Source: an uncultured Planctomycetales bacterium
Lineage (GTDB): Bacteria > Planctomycetota > UBA1135 > JACQFD01
DNA length: 64,000 bases
NCBI GenBank assembly: GCA_964545855.1
Contig: CAZJHD010000001.1
Span: forward strand, 3,428 to 67,427
Direction of reading: 5' to 3'
Below are positions 16,576 to 26,340 of the stretch, in pieces. The translations under genes and the position numbers were made by a program. Below the pieces are notes generated by a model, which did no database searches, was not told the DNA's origin, and saw only the letters and a list, made by a program, of their open reading frames with translations. The first letter of the stretch is position 1, and each line of letters starts with the position of its first letter.

Positions 16576-19541
16576 CTCCGATCGATCCCTCGCTCGCTCT
16601 CTCGGCGCTTCGAAGCTCCTTCCGACCGTCGGCCCTTCTGCTCGCGGGCGCCGCCGCGATCCTCTCGGCCGCGCCGGCATCGGCTCCGGCGCAGGCCGCG
16701 CCCAAGGGCCGAGACCTGGTGGTCGAGTACTCGGCAGCCGACGGTCCCAAGGTGCGCGCGGCGTCGAAGGAGTTCTCCTTCGAGGGATTCCGGCTCGGCG
16801 AGGAGCCGCTCCGCTGGCAGCTGCAGTTCACGCTCGATCCGATCGCGGCGGATTCCGTCCGCGGCACCACCGGCGCGCTCCTCACGGCGACCGGAATCGA
16901 CGCGTCGGGCCGCACGATCCAGTTCAAGATCTCCGGCCAGGGCCCGCTCCTCACCTGCGAGGCGGGAGGTCTCGCGCCGAACGCGCCGTTCCGCCTGCGC
17001 TTCCTCCTTCGATCGGCGGGACCGATCCTCGGATCGCGCGTGCCGCGCATCGCTGGCCACGAGGTCCCTCTGATCCACACCGTGCTCGGCGATGCGGACG
17101 CCGGCGCGACCCTCGCGTGGGACCGCTCGCTCGACGTCGCGTTCTCCCTCGAGCCCGCTGGCCTCGGCTTCCTCGGCGCCACGGAGGCGGCCGGCGCGCG
17201 ATGGATCGAATGGCGCGGCGTGTCGTCGTCCAAGGGCCAGGCGAACGGGTTCTCCGTGAGCTTCTTCGAGGGGCACGTCGGCCGCACGGCCATGGTGCCC
17301 GAGGGGAGCTTCGGAACGCCGCGCTTCGCCCGACCGCCGGCGGGATGGCGGACGGCGAAGGCCCTCGGCGGCGCATTGGACGAGGCGGCGGTGCTGCGCG
17401 AGCTGCAGGTCCTCGCTCGCGATCTCGTCCCTTATGGACTCACCGACCTGCAGATCGACGACGGCTGGCAGTCGAGGGCGGCCGGCGAGCCGCTGGCGCG
17501 CGAGTGGACGGCCGATCCGAATCGATTCCCGCGCGGTCTCGCGCCGCTCGCTCGATCGGCGCGCGAGGCGGGGCTCCGCACGGGTCTCTGGATCCTGCCC
17601 CATGCGGGACCGCGCACGACGGAGGCGCGGCCCGGCCTCCTGACCGACGCCGAGGGCAAGCCCGTCGACGGGGGCTGGGTCGGCCCCACGATCTGGAACG
17701 GCGGTACTCCCGAGGGTCGCGCGGCTCTCGCCGAACCGATGGCGCGCCTCGCGGCCGAGGGGATCGGACGCTTCCTCCTCGACGCGCAGCCGGAGGTGAT
17801 CGCCCGTCACGCAGCCGTCGACCCGCGCAAGCGCCCGGGCTGGGAGCCGATCCCCGACTACCGCGCGTCCCTCGAAGCTCTGCGCGCCGCCGCCGGCCCG
17901 GAGTCCTTCCTCGCGACGTCGTGGGCGGGAGGCGTGACGCCCGGGATCGATCGGCCGCCGCTGTCGGGCTTCGGCATCCTCGACTCCTTCCGCACCGGCC
18001 ACGAGACCGAAGCCACGGGCACGGGTCTCCTGCTCGCCGCGGAGGCCGTCGCCACCGGTTCCCCCTGGAACGGCCACGGCGGTTGGTCCGACCCCGACAC
18101 GCTCTTCGTCGGCGGTGGCGTCACGTTGGAGGAGGCCCGCTGTTGGGCGAGCCTCGTCGCGCTCTCGGGGCAGTCGTTCCTCTTCGGAGACCTGCCGAGC
18201 TCGCTCCCGCCGGATCGCCTCGAGGTCCTGCGGCGCGCGCTCCCGACGCTTCCCCTGCACACGATGTACGCGGCGACGTCCCTCGTGCGACCGACGATGG
18301 TCCGGCTCTGGCGCGACACGCCGAGCGGACCCGGGCTCGTGACGGCCCTGTTCGCATGGGATGCACTCGAGGGTCTCGTCGACACGATCGCGTCCGATCC
18401 CGCGGCCGACCCCTATCTCGCCGAGGAGAAGCTCGAGTTCTGGAGCGGCCGATTCCTCGGGCGCGCTCCGATCGGCGCGGAGGACCTGAAGCTCCACCTC
18501 GACCCGCGGAGCTGCGCCGTGATCGCCATGGCGAAGGCGCGCCCGCATCCCTTCGTTCTGTCCACGTCGCGGCACGTCTCGCAGGGCGCCGTCGATCTCC
18601 GGGAGGAGCGCTGGGACGCGGCGGACTCGGTGCTGTCGGGCACGAGCGATTGCGTCGCGGGCGATCCCTACGAGCTGCGCGTCGTGCTGCCCCACCGCGG
18701 ATGGAGCGTCGCGTCCGTCGAGGCGGCGCCCGGCGCGCGCGTCGACGTGCAGGGCCGCCTCGCGCGCGCGCGTTGGACGGCGGCCGCGTCGGGACCCGTT
18801 CGCTGGACGTTGCGGTGCGTCTCGGGGGAGGCGCCCTCGGTCGTCGCGCCGCCGCCGGTCGCAGGCCTCGTGGCGAGCATCGGTCCCGAGCCGAGCGTTC
18901 GGCTCGCCTGGAGCGACGCCGGTGCACCGTCGGGCACGTTCCTCGTGCAGCGCGACGGCGTGCCGATCGGCACTTCGCTGGGCGGCCAGTTCGTCGACCG
19001 CGACCTGCGCTTCAATCGCACGCACGCCTACGAGGTGCTCGCGATCGACGACGAGGGGCGCTCCGGGGCGCCCGCATCCGTCGTGGCCGAGACGGGGCAG
19101 CCGGACTCGATCCCGATCGATCGGCTCATCTACACGCAGCGTCGTCGCGGAGTCCCGCTCCCGACGCCGAACGCGAACTACGCGGGGAAGCCGCTCCGCA
19201 TCGCCGGGACCGGCTTCCCTCAGGGCCTCGGCATGTGCCCGCCCATGCTGGTGGACTTCGATCTCAAGGGCGCGCACGGCGTGCTCCGCGCCCGCGTCGG
19301 CATCGACGACCAGGTGGGCAAGTCGGGCTCGGCGATCGTGCGCGTCCTCGTCGACGACAAGGAGGCCGCGCGCACGCGGATCTTCCGGGGCGGCGAGGAG
19401 CCCGTCACGGTCCGCGCTCGCATCCCCGCGAAGGCGTCGACGCTCACGATCGAGGTCCTCGACGCGGGCGACGGCGTCGACAGCGACCTCGTCGACCTCG
19501 TCGAGTGCGAAGTAGCGCCGCCGCGCGGGAAGCCGCGGTAG
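16572..19541 (+). CDS. secreted clan GH-D (GH27/36-like) alpha-galactosidase-family protein with FN3-like and C-terminal NPCBM domains
   Basis: The GTG start overlaps the mutY stop (GTGA). Signal-like N-terminus. Catalytic-region pattern GLTDLQIDDGWQ...DPNRFPRGLAPLA...GLRTGLWILP. The C-terminus GKPLRIAGTGFPQGLG...VGIDDQVG..GSAIVRVLVD...LTIEVLDAGDGVDSDLVDLVECEV matches the NPCBM pattern. Confidence 0.7.
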   Translation: MTPIDPSLALSALRSSFRPSALLLAGAAAILSAAPASAPAQAAPKGRDLVVEYSAADGPKVRAASKEFSFEGFRLGEEPLRWQLQFTLDPIAADSVRGTTGALLTATGIDASGRTIQFKISGQGPLLTCEAGGLAPNAPFRLRFLLRSAGPILGSRVPRIAGHEVPLIHTVLGDADAGATLAWDRSLDVAFSLEPAGLGFLGATEAAGARWIEWRGVSSSKGQANGFSVSFFEGHVGRTAMVPEGSFGTPRFARPPAGWRTAKALGGALDEAAVLRELQVLARDLVPYGLTDLQIDDGWQSRAAGEPLAREWTADPNRFPRGLAPLARSAREAGLRTGLWILPHAGPRTTEARPGLLTDAEGKPVDGGWVGPTIWNGGTPEGRAALAEPMARLAAEGIGRFLLDAQPEVIARHAAVDPRKRPGWEPIPDYRASLEALRAAAGPESFLATSWAGGVTPGIDRPPLSGFGILDSFRTGHETEATGTGLLLAAEAVATGSPWNGHGGWSDPDTLFVGGGVTLEEARCWASLVALSGQSFLFGDLPSSLPPDRLEVLRRALPTLPLHTMYAATSLVRPTMVRLWRDTPSGPGLVTALFAWDALEGLVDTIASDPAADPYLAEEKLEFWSGRFLGRAPIGAEDLKLHLDPRSCAVIAMAKARPHPFVLSTSRHVSQGAVDLREERWDAADSVLSGTSDCVAGDPYELRVVLPHRGWSVASVEAAPGARVDVQGRLARARWTAAASGPVRWTLRCVSGEAPSVVAPPPVAGLVASIGPEPSVRLAWSDAGAPSGTFLVQRDGVPIGTSLGGQFVDRDLRFNRTHAYEVLAIDDEGRSGAPASVVAETGQPDSIPIDRLIYTQRRRGVPLPTPNANYAGKPLRIAGTGFPQGLGMCPPMLVDFDLKGAHGVLRARVGIDDQVGKSGSAIVRVLVDDKEAARTRIFRGGEEPVTVRARIPAKASTLTIEVLDAGDGVDSDLVDLVECEVAPPRGKPR

Positions 19542-19593
19542 GTTCGCGCCGACCTCCTCGCGCGACGGCCCTCGAAGGGCGTGACGCGCGGTC

Positions 19594-21093
19594 CTACTCC
19601 GCCGTCTCGCGTCCGGGCGCCGCGCGCCGGGCGCCGTCGTCCTCGCGACGCGGCGCCGCGCGCCCTTCGCGGGCTCCCGGGGGGGCCGTTGCCGCCGGCG
19701 CCGTCGTGAGGAACCGCGATGCGAGTCCGCGCAGGTCGGTGATCGACAGCCCGGCCGTTTCGGGGTCGCGGGAGCCGAGCGCATCCCGCAGGCCCTTCGA
19801 GCCGAGCACGACGGGTCCTCGCGAGGGCTCGTCGGGGAGGCGCCCGTGGGAGCCGCGCACGCGCGACGGATCGAGGGAGATCACGCGCATCAGCGTGCGG
19901 AACCCGAGCTTCTTCCGCGCGAGCGTCGAGAGGATGCGGAGCCGCGGCGCCGAGAGATCCGGATCGAGGAACAGCTCCGCCGGGTCGTAGCCGGGCTTGC
20001 GGTGGATGTCGACGGTGCGCGCGTAGTCGGGAGCCGAGCGGTCCTCGAGCCACCAGGGATAGGCGAACCATCGATCGGGCCGCGCGATCGCGACCAGATC
20101 CCCGGCGTTCCCGTGGTCGAGGCCCGCCTCCCGTTTGCCCGATTCGTCGAGGACCGCCGCGACGCCGTCGATGCCCGCCATCAGCTCGCGCACGGCCTGC
20201 AGGTCGGCGGGATCGCGGACGTAGACGTGCGCGATCTGGTGATCGCAGACGGCGAAGGCGCGCGACGTCCCGAAGAGCGGGAGCTCGCCCACGTGCGGGT
20301 CGACGCGCACGCGCAGGTAGCCCGCCGTGCGCAGCACGCGGTTCGGCGACACGAAGCCGCGCACGGGGACGAGGCCGTACTCGGAGAAGACGAGCAGGTC
20401 GTAGCCACGCTCGCGCGCGTCGTCGCAGAGATCGCCGGCGACGCGGTCGATCGCTCCGATCGCCTCGATCGACTCCGGTGCGTCGGGTCCGAAGCGCTGG
20501 TGGTCGTAGTCGAGGTGCGGCAGATAGACGAAGAGGAGATCGGGCGAGCGGTGCTCGAGGACGGCCGATGCGGCGTCCGCGATCCACTCCGAGGAGCGCA
20601 GCCCCGCGCGGGGGCCCCAGAAGTCGAAGAGGGGGAAGGGCCCGAGCTCGTCCTCGAGCGCCGACCGCAGATCCGCGGGCTCCGTGTGGATGCCGGGGAT
20701 CTTTCGGCCGTCGGCCGGGTACGACGGCTTCGGCGTCACGGAGAAATCGGCGCCGCAGTTCCAGTTGAACCAGCCGAAGACGTTCGCCGTCGTGCGCCCG
20801 GCCGCCTTCAGCTCGTCGAAGATCGTGTCGCCGTCGATGAGGTAGCGGCTCTGCCGCCAGAAGAGCACCTCGTCGAGTCTGCGGAAGTACCAGCCGTTGC
20901 CGACGATCCCGTGCGCCGACGGCGCGCGCCCCGTGAGGAACGACGCCTGGGCGCTGCAGGTGACGGCGGGGAGCACCGTGCGGAGCTCGCCGCGGAATCC
21001 CTCGCTCGCGATCGCGCGCAGACGGGGGGCGTGCTCGAGTGCGCTCGGCGTGAGGCCCACCACGTCCAGGACGAGCAGCTTCCTGCGGGTCAT
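19594..21093 (-). CDS. alkaline-phosphatase-superfamily protein (type I phosphodiesterase / nucleotide pyrophosphatase family)
   Basis: Real start is the ATG at 21093 (MTRRKLLVLDVVGL). Nucleophile region LPAVTCSAQASFLTGRAPSAHGIVGNGWY. Metal-ligand-like YLPHLDYDHQ. The upstream part of the 992-aa track ORF is shadow. Confidence 0.8.
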   Translation of the reverse strand: MTRRKLLVLDVVGLTPSALEHAPRLRAIASEGFRGELRTVLPAVTCSAQASFLTGRAPSAHGIVGNGWYFRRLDEVLFWRQSRYLIDGDTIFDELKAAGRTTANVFGWFNWNCGADFSVTPKPSYPADGRKIPGIHTEPADLRSALEDELGPFPLFDFWGPRAGLRSSEWIADAASAVLEHRSPDLLFVYLPHLDYDHQRFGPDAPESIEAIGAIDRVAGDLCDDARERGYDLLVFSEYGLVPVRGFVSPNRVLRTAGYLRVRVDPHVGELPLFGTSRAFAVCDHQIAHVYVRDPADLQAVRELMAGIDGVAAVLDESGKREAGLDHGNAGDLVAIARPDRWFAYPWWLEDRSAPDYARTVDIHRKPGYDPAELFLDPDLSAPRLRILSTLARKKLGFRTLMRVISLDPSRVRGSHGRLPDEPSRGPVVLGSKGLRDALGSRDPETAGLSITDLRGLASRFLTTAPAATAPPGAREGRAAPRREDDGARRAAPGRETAE

Positions 21094-22385
21094 CGGGCGT
21101 CTCCGTTCCGGGAGGGGCCCGGGCGTTGCGCGCCGTTGGCCGGGACGCGCGCGCGGAAGCGAGCGACCTCGGCGGCGGTCGCCTCCCGCCAGCGGCCGAC
21201 GTCGATGCGGGCGCGGATCGCTTCGCCGGGATAGCGGACGGAGGAGACGTGGCGTCCCTCGCCGTTGAAGAAGTGGACGCGGCCGTTGCGGCCCAGCAGG
21301 ACGATCGTGTGCGTCTCGCGGTCGAAACGGATCGCGTCGTCGGACGCGGCGCGCGCGTCGGGGAACGCCTGGGCCGTCGGTCGCACGCCGATCTCCGCCC
21401 GCTCGACGGCGTGGGCCGTGCGCCGCCCGCGGATCTGGAAGTGGTGCTGAAGGTCGCGGACGAGATCGTGGGCCGCGGGCGACGCGGCGCGGCGCAGCGC
21501 CTCGGTGGTGGCGGCACCGCGGGCGCGGCCGCTCAGGGCGGAGCGGGCCGTCGCGAGGATCGGCGCCAGGTGGAGCGCTACCGGCGAGGCTCCCGCGTCG
21601 AGGAGGCGCGCGTCGCCGATCGGATGCAGCACGAGCTTCGTGTGGGCTCCGTCGCGCACGGCGAGGAACTGCACCGTGAGCGCCGCCTCCTCGTCGGGTC
21701 CGGCCGCGGAGGGGACGGGGAACGGACCCGCGATCACCTGCGCCACGACCTCCACGGCGGGCGTCGCGCCGCCGAAGGCCTCGAGGCGGTCCGCCAGGAG
21801 CTCCGATCCCTCCAGCGCCAGCGCGACGACGCCGCGCGCGCCCTCGGCGAGCGGCTCGGCGCGCGGATCGCGCCGGTCGAAGAGGAGCGCCAGGAGGTCG
21901 CTCCAGCGCGGACGGCCCGTCGGCTCGTAGCCCGAGAGCACCGAGCGCGGCTCGGGGGGCTGCGCGTGGGCGCAGAGGAAGCTGTCGCAGCGGAAGCACC
22001 AGGCGCGGCGCGGCACCACCGCGTCCCGCTCGCCCTCGATCCGCTCGAGCTGCTCCAGCAGACCACGCACGAAGCCTTCGGCGAGCGTTTCCGGCGGCGC
22101 CTTCCCCGAGATGGGGAGCGTCACGTCGAGGCTCTCGATGCGCGCGTCGAGACCCCGGGAGCGCGCGATCGCGCGGGCCGACCACCGCAGCGTCTCGAGG
22201 GCCTCGCGGATCGCGTGGAGGAGGCCCGGTGCGAGCGTTCCCGGAGGCGGGGGCGCCGTCGCCTTCGTCACGCGCTTGCGACGGCGTCGCCGCTTGGGCG
22301 CTCCGGGTCGGGAATCGGCCGGTCGGGAGTCGTCGAGCCGCGGCGTGCGAGGCGGCGTGGGCCGCGGATCGAGGGTGTCGTCCAT
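21090..22385 (-). CDS. hypothetical protein with a polybasic N-terminal tract
   Basis: ATG at 22385 (MDDTLDPRP). Its stop overlaps the downstream ATG (ATGA). Contains KRRRRRKR, a Cys pair CFRCDSFLCAH, and C-terminal IVLLGRNGRVHFFNGEGRHVSSVRY. No family recognised. Confidence 0.55.
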   Translation of the reverse strand: MDDTLDPRPTPPRTPRLDDSRPADSRPGAPKRRRRRKRVTKATAPPPPGTLAPGLLHAIREALETLRWSARAIARSRGLDARIESLDVTLPISGKAPPETLAEGFVRGLLEQLERIEGERDAVVPRRAWCFRCDSFLCAHAQPPEPRSVLSGYEPTGRPRWSDLLALLFDRRDPRAEPLAEGARGVVALALEGSELLADRLEAFGGATPAVEVVAQVIAGPFPVPSAAGPDEEAALTVQFLAVRDGAHTKLVLHPIGDARLLDAGASPVALHLAPILATARSALSGRARGAATTEALRRAASPAAHDLVRDLQHHFQIRGRRTAHAVERAEIGVRPTAQAFPDARAASDDAIRFDRETHTIVLLGRNGRVHFFNGEGRHVSSVRYPGEAIRARIDVGRWREATAAEVARFRARVPANGAQRPGPSRNGDAR

Positions 22386-22501
22386 GGATCCTCGATCCGA
22401 AGTGTAGTCGGTCGCGGAACCCGATCGGCACGACCGCCGTCGCGAACGACGTCGGCTCGCGCTCGATTCCCCCCGCGGCCGGCCGTACGCTCGCCCCGAC
22501 T

Positions 22502-23686
22502 TTGCGCCCCGAAGCACGCGACTCGCCTCCTCGAGAGAGCGAAGGAATCACGGTCGTCGTCCCCGCCTTCAACGAGGTTCGCGGGATCGCGGGTGTCGTG
22601 AAGGAGCTGCGCGCCCTCGCGAAGGGCGTCGGTTACCCCGTGGAGATCGTCGTCGTCGACGACGGATCGTCGGACGGGACGGCGACCGTCCTGCAATCGG
22701 AGATCGCGGCCGACGGCACGCCCCTCCGCGTGCTGCGCAACGAGAGGAACCGCGGCTACGGCTTCTCGCTGAAGCGGGGGATCCAGGAGGCGAGCCACCC
22801 CGTCGTCGTCATCACCGACGCCGACGGCACCTATCCGAACGCCGAGATCCCGAAGCTCGTGGAGAAGGTGAGGTCGGGCGCCTCCATGGTCGTCGGCGCG
22901 CGCTCCCTCGGCTCGGCGAGCGTCCCCTGGACGCGGAAGCCGGCGAAGTGGCTGCTCAACTTCCTCGCGAACTTCCTGGCGGGCCGGCGCATCCCCGATC
23001 TCAACTCCGGGCTCCGCGCCATGCGGCGCGACCTCGTGGCCGCCTTCGAGCCGATCCTCCCGGACGGGTTCTCCTTCACGACGACGATCACGCTCGCCGC
23101 CATCACGAACGGCTTCCGCGTCGAGTACGTGCCGATCGACTACGCGAAGCGGCAAGGCACGTCCAAGATCCGCCCGATCCGCGACACGGCGAACTTCTTC
23201 AACCTCGTCGTCCGGACGGTCCTCTACTTCCGGCCGCTGAAGGTCTTCACGCCGCTCGCGGTCGTCCTCCTCGCCGTGGGGCTGCGTGCCGTGTGGCACG
23301 ACATCAACACGAACGTCTTCCGACCCTCCAACCAGGAGCCGATCGGCGACGTCTCGATCGTCCTCCTCCTGGCGGCCGTCTACATGCTCGTCGTCGGCTT
23401 CCTCGCGGACCTCGCGTCCTACTCCATGCGCTCCGCCGAGCTCCGGAAGACGCAGATGACGCGCTCGAAGATCTACGAGAACCCCCTCGGCTATCTCCTG
23501 GTGGCTACGGCCATCGTGCTCGCCTTCGCGGTCCTGAGCCACCTCCGCGACAAGTACTCGCTGTGGCGCGACGGTCCGCCCCGACCGCTCACGCCGAAGA
23601 CGCTCGCTCTCTACGTGACGACGCTGCAGTTCTTCTCGGCGGCGCTCCTCGCCGATCTGCTCCAGCGGCGCGGCCGCCTGCGCTGA
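22502..23686 (+). CDS. family 2 glycosyltransferase with C-terminal TM helices (polyprenol-phosphate hexose synthase-like)
   Basis: ITVVVPAFNE, VVVDDGSSDGT, ITDADG (DxD), then about 4 hydrophobic helices. TTG at 22502 is the only canonical start upstream of the domain, so the start is uncertain. Confidence 0.8.
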   Translation: MRPEARDSPPRESEGITVVVPAFNEVRGIAGVVKELRALAKGVGYPVEIVVVDDGSSDGTATVLQSEIAADGTPLRVLRNERNRGYGFSLKRGIQEASHPVVVITDADGTYPNAEIPKLVEKVRSGASMVVGARSLGSASVPWTRKPAKWLLNFLANFLAGRRIPDLNSGLRAMRRDLVAAFEPILPDGFSFTTTITLAAITNGFRVEYVPIDYAKRQGTSKIRPIRDTANFFNLVVRTVLYFRPLKVFTPLAVVLLAVGLRAVWHDINTNVFRPSNQEPIGDVSIVLLLAAVYMLVVGFLADLASYSMRSAELRKTQMTRSKIYENPLGYLLVATAIVLAFAVLSHLRDKYSLWRDGPPRPLTPKTLALYVTTLQFFSAALLADLLQRRGRLR

Positions 23687-23695
23687 CGCGCGGCC

Positions 23696-24583
23696 ATGGG
23701 GCTCTCCAAGTCGGTCCGTCGCCTGCTCGCGCGGTGGCGATCGTGGCGTGCCGTCGACGATCTCGAGTACCTGCGGCGCCTCGACGCGGGCGGCGGGGGA
23801 GTGCATCCGGGCGACGCGGGACACGGCACGCGGCCCCTGCTGCGCGTCGTCGATCCGGAGCTGCGGCTCGCGTTCCTGCTCCCGAACTGGCGCGACGCGA
23901 CGCAGAAGGAGCTCGTTCGCACGGGGCTCCGTCGCTACCGGCCGCTCGTCGATCTGCTGCGCACCTTCGCCGAGCCGGAGACCGACGTGCTCGACGTCGG
24001 CGCGAACGTCGGCGCCGTGACGCTCGCCTGCGCGCGCATGCTCGGGGTCCGCGTGCGCGTGCACGCCTTCGAGCCCTCGCCCGTGAGCCTCCCGATCCTC
24101 CGCCGCAACGTGGTCCTGAATCGTGCCACCAACGTCGTCGTGCATGGCTTCGGCCTCGGTGAGCGCGAGGGCGAGCGCGAGTTCTGGATGGAGCGCGCCG
24201 GCTCGACGAACACGGGGCTCTCGACCTTCGTCGCCGAGGCGCGGCACAAGGACGCGGAGGTCGTGAAGGTCCCCATGCGCACCCTCGATTCGATGCGCAG
24301 CGCGCTCCGCCGCGTGAGCGCGATGAAGCTCGACACCCAGGGGAACGAGCTCGACGTGCTGCGGGGCGGTGCGGCGCTCCTGCGGGAGCACCGGCCGGCC
24401 CTCGTGCTGGAGCACGACGACACGTTCCTCCGCGATCCCGCCGCGACACGCGCGGCGCTGCGCGAACTGCTGGACGGTCTCGGCTACGGGGCGTTCCTCG
24501 TGACGCGGAAGGACCCGAGCCTGCTCCTCTCGGTCGACTGGTCGCGCACGATCCGCGGCGACCTCCTGGCCGTCCCGCGCTGA
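23696..24583 (+). CDS. FkbM-family SAM-dependent methyltransferase
   Basis: VLDVGANVGAVTL SAM-binding loop, ...VHAFEPSP..., ...MKLDTQGNELDVLRG..., typical of the FkbM family. It starts 9 nt after the GT2 stop. Confidence 0.8.
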   Translation: MGLSKSVRRLLARWRSWRAVDDLEYLRRLDAGGGGVHPGDAGHGTRPLLRVVDPELRLAFLLPNWRDATQKELVRTGLRRYRPLVDLLRTFAEPETDVLDVGANVGAVTLACARMLGVRVRVHAFEPSPVSLPILRRNVVLNRATNVVVHGFGLGEREGEREFWMERAGSTNTGLSTFVAEARHKDAEVVKVPMRTLDSMRSALRRVSAMKLDTQGNELDVLRGGAALLREHRPALVLEHDDTFLRDPAATRAALRELLDGLGYGAFLVTRKDPSLLLSVDWSRTIRGDLLAVPR

Positions 24584-24942
24584 GTCCTACCTCGGTCGCG
24601 AGGGGTTCCGGACGACTCTGGACGGTTGCCCCCCAGGTACTCCATCGCATTCGCCCAAGCCTTCCCGTAGGGTGGCCCCGTTCTCGCGCCGCGTCCGCGA
24701 CATTTCCCTTCGGACGCCGGCAGCGGCTCGCTCCCGGGTGCGGGGCCTCGAAAGGCAACGCATCCGTGGGCGACGAAAGCGCAGCCGAATCTCGGCTGCA
24801 TGCCGCGCGGTTCCATCGCGCGAACCCGAGATCGAGTGCTCCGCCGGCGTGTGCCGGGCCGGGGCCGATTCGGATCAGAACCACTCCTGGAGTGGAGTCG
24901 AAAGGGAACGCTCCAGGACACCCTCACGAGGAGACCTCCTCC

Positions 24943-26235
24943 ATGTCTTTCGATACGCTCGGGCTGTCGCCCGGGCTTCTGCGCGCCGTTTCCGAACAGG
25001 GTTACGAGCGCCCCACTCCCATTCAGATCGAGGCCATTCCCGTCGTCCGGGAGGGCCGCGACCTGCTCGCCGGCGCTCAGACCGGAACCGGCAAGACGGC
25101 CGCCTTCGCGCTGCCGATCCTCGATCGCCTCCTCGGCGATCGGAAGCGGCCCACCGTTTCGCGGCGGCCGATCGTTCTCGTCCTCGCTCCGACGCGCGAG
25201 CTCGCCGCACAGGTGAACGAGGCGTTCCGCGTCTACGGCAAGCACCTGGGCGTCCGCAGCACCGCCATCTACGGCGGAGTCGGCATGCGGCCCCAGGTCG
25301 ACGCCGTGCGCAACGGCGTCCACATCGTCGTCGCGACCCCCGGCCGCCTCCTGGACCACATGGAGCAGGGCACGATCGACCTGCGCGGGATCGAGATCCT
25401 GACGCTCGACGAAGCCGACCGGATGCTCGACATGGGCTTCATGCCGGCGCTCCAGCGGATCCTCTCCGCTCTGCCGCGCGATCGGCAGACCCTGCTCTTC
25501 TCCGCGACGCTCTCCTCGGAGATCCAGTCGCTCTCCGCGCGTTTCATGCGTGAGCCGGCGGAGGTGCACGTCTCGGCGAGCAACAGCGTGGCCGCGACGG
25601 TCGCGCACCGGGTCCACCCCGTCGCCCAGGAGCGCAAGCGCGAGCTGCTCGCGCACCTGCTCTCCCGCGACAGCCGCGCGGCCCTCGTCTTCTGCCGCAC
25701 GAAGCACGGCTCCGACCGCCTCTGCAAGCAGCTCGTCGCCGACGGCGTCCGCGCCACGGCGATCCACGGCAACAAGAGCCAGAACGCCCGCATGGCCGCC
25801 CTCGCGGGCTTCAAGGCGGGGCGCTCGCGAGTTCTCGTGGCGACGGACATCGCCGCGCGGGGTCTCGACATCGAGCAGCTCCCGATGGTGATCAACTACG
25901 ACCTGCCGATGGTCGCCCACGACTACATCCACCGCATCGGCCGCACGGGCCGCGCCGGGATGGACGGCCAGGCGATCTCGCTCGTCAGCCGCGGCGAGCG
26001 CGGCCTCCTGCGCGACATCGAGAGGCTCCTGAAGCACTCGATCGAGGTCGAGGCCATCGAGGGCTTCGACGTGGAGCATCGTGACTCGGCCGGCGTCGCC
26101 GAGATGGCCGGCGCACCTCGCGGAGGCCACCGCGGCTTCGCGCCGAGGAACGGTTCGACGCCTCGCCGGTCCTTCGGCGGTCCCCGGAACTCCTTCGGCA
26201 AGCGCGGCGGTGCGCCGCGTCGACGGAGCTGGTAG
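24943..26235 (+). CDS. rhlE: DEAD-box ATP-dependent RNA helicase (RhlE-like) with a basic C-terminal tail
   Basis: Q motif PTPIQ, AQTGTGKTAAF, LDEADRM, FSATL and HRIGRTGRAG. ATG at 24943 is preceded by GAGGAG. The upstream 59 aa of the track ORF were discarded. Confidence 0.9.
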   Translation: MSFDTLGLSPGLLRAVSEQGYERPTPIQIEAIPVVREGRDLLAGAQTGTGKTAAFALPILDRLLGDRKRPTVSRRPIVLVLAPTRELAAQVNEAFRVYGKHLGVRSTAIYGGVGMRPQVDAVRNGVHIVVATPGRLLDHMEQGTIDLRGIEILTLDEADRMLDMGFMPALQRILSALPRDRQTLLFSATLSSEIQSLSARFMREPAEVHVSASNSVAATVAHRVHPVAQERKRELLAHLLSRDSRAALVFCRTKHGSDRLCKQLVADGVRATAIHGNKSQNARMAALAGFKAGRSRVLVATDIAARGLDIEQLPMVINYDLPMVAHDYIHRIGRTGRAGMDGQAISLVSRGERGLLRDIERLLKHSIEVEAIEGFDVEHRDSAGVAEMAGAPRGGHRGFAPRNGSTPRRSFGGPRNSFGKRGGAPRRRSW

Positions 26236-26280
26236 GACCGCCAACTCACTGCCGTGGGCGCGCGGGCCCCATCGCACCAC

Positions 26281-26340
26281 GACCCCATTCCGTCGCCGCT
26301 CGTGGTCTTCACCGCGACGGAATGGGCTGCTCCTGGCTTC
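26281..26340 (+). pseudogene. orphan fragment homologous to the C-terminal end of the 27432..28469 gene
   Basis: The translation DPIPSPLVVFTATEWAAPGF aligns with DGVLSPPIVFTAAEWAAAGY at the end of the downstream gene. By hand alignment, 36 of 48 nt are identical between 26293-26340 and 28377-28424. No intact upstream coding part exists, since rhlE ends at 26235. Confidence 0.4.

Noticed and set aside
13222-19784. Long ORFs 13222..16680 (-) 1152 aa and 16320..19784 (-) 1154 aa
   Set aside because: They run antisense or out of frame to mutY, the GH/NPCBM gene and the large membrane protein. They are Arg-rich with no domains.
19594-21093. Alkaline-phosphatase-fold protein as a PglZ-like component of a BREX-type defence system
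   Set aside because: It is only 499 aa and has the classic nucleotide pyrophosphatase/phosphodiesterase motif layout. No methyltransferase, Lon-like, ATPase or helicase partner genes are nearby.
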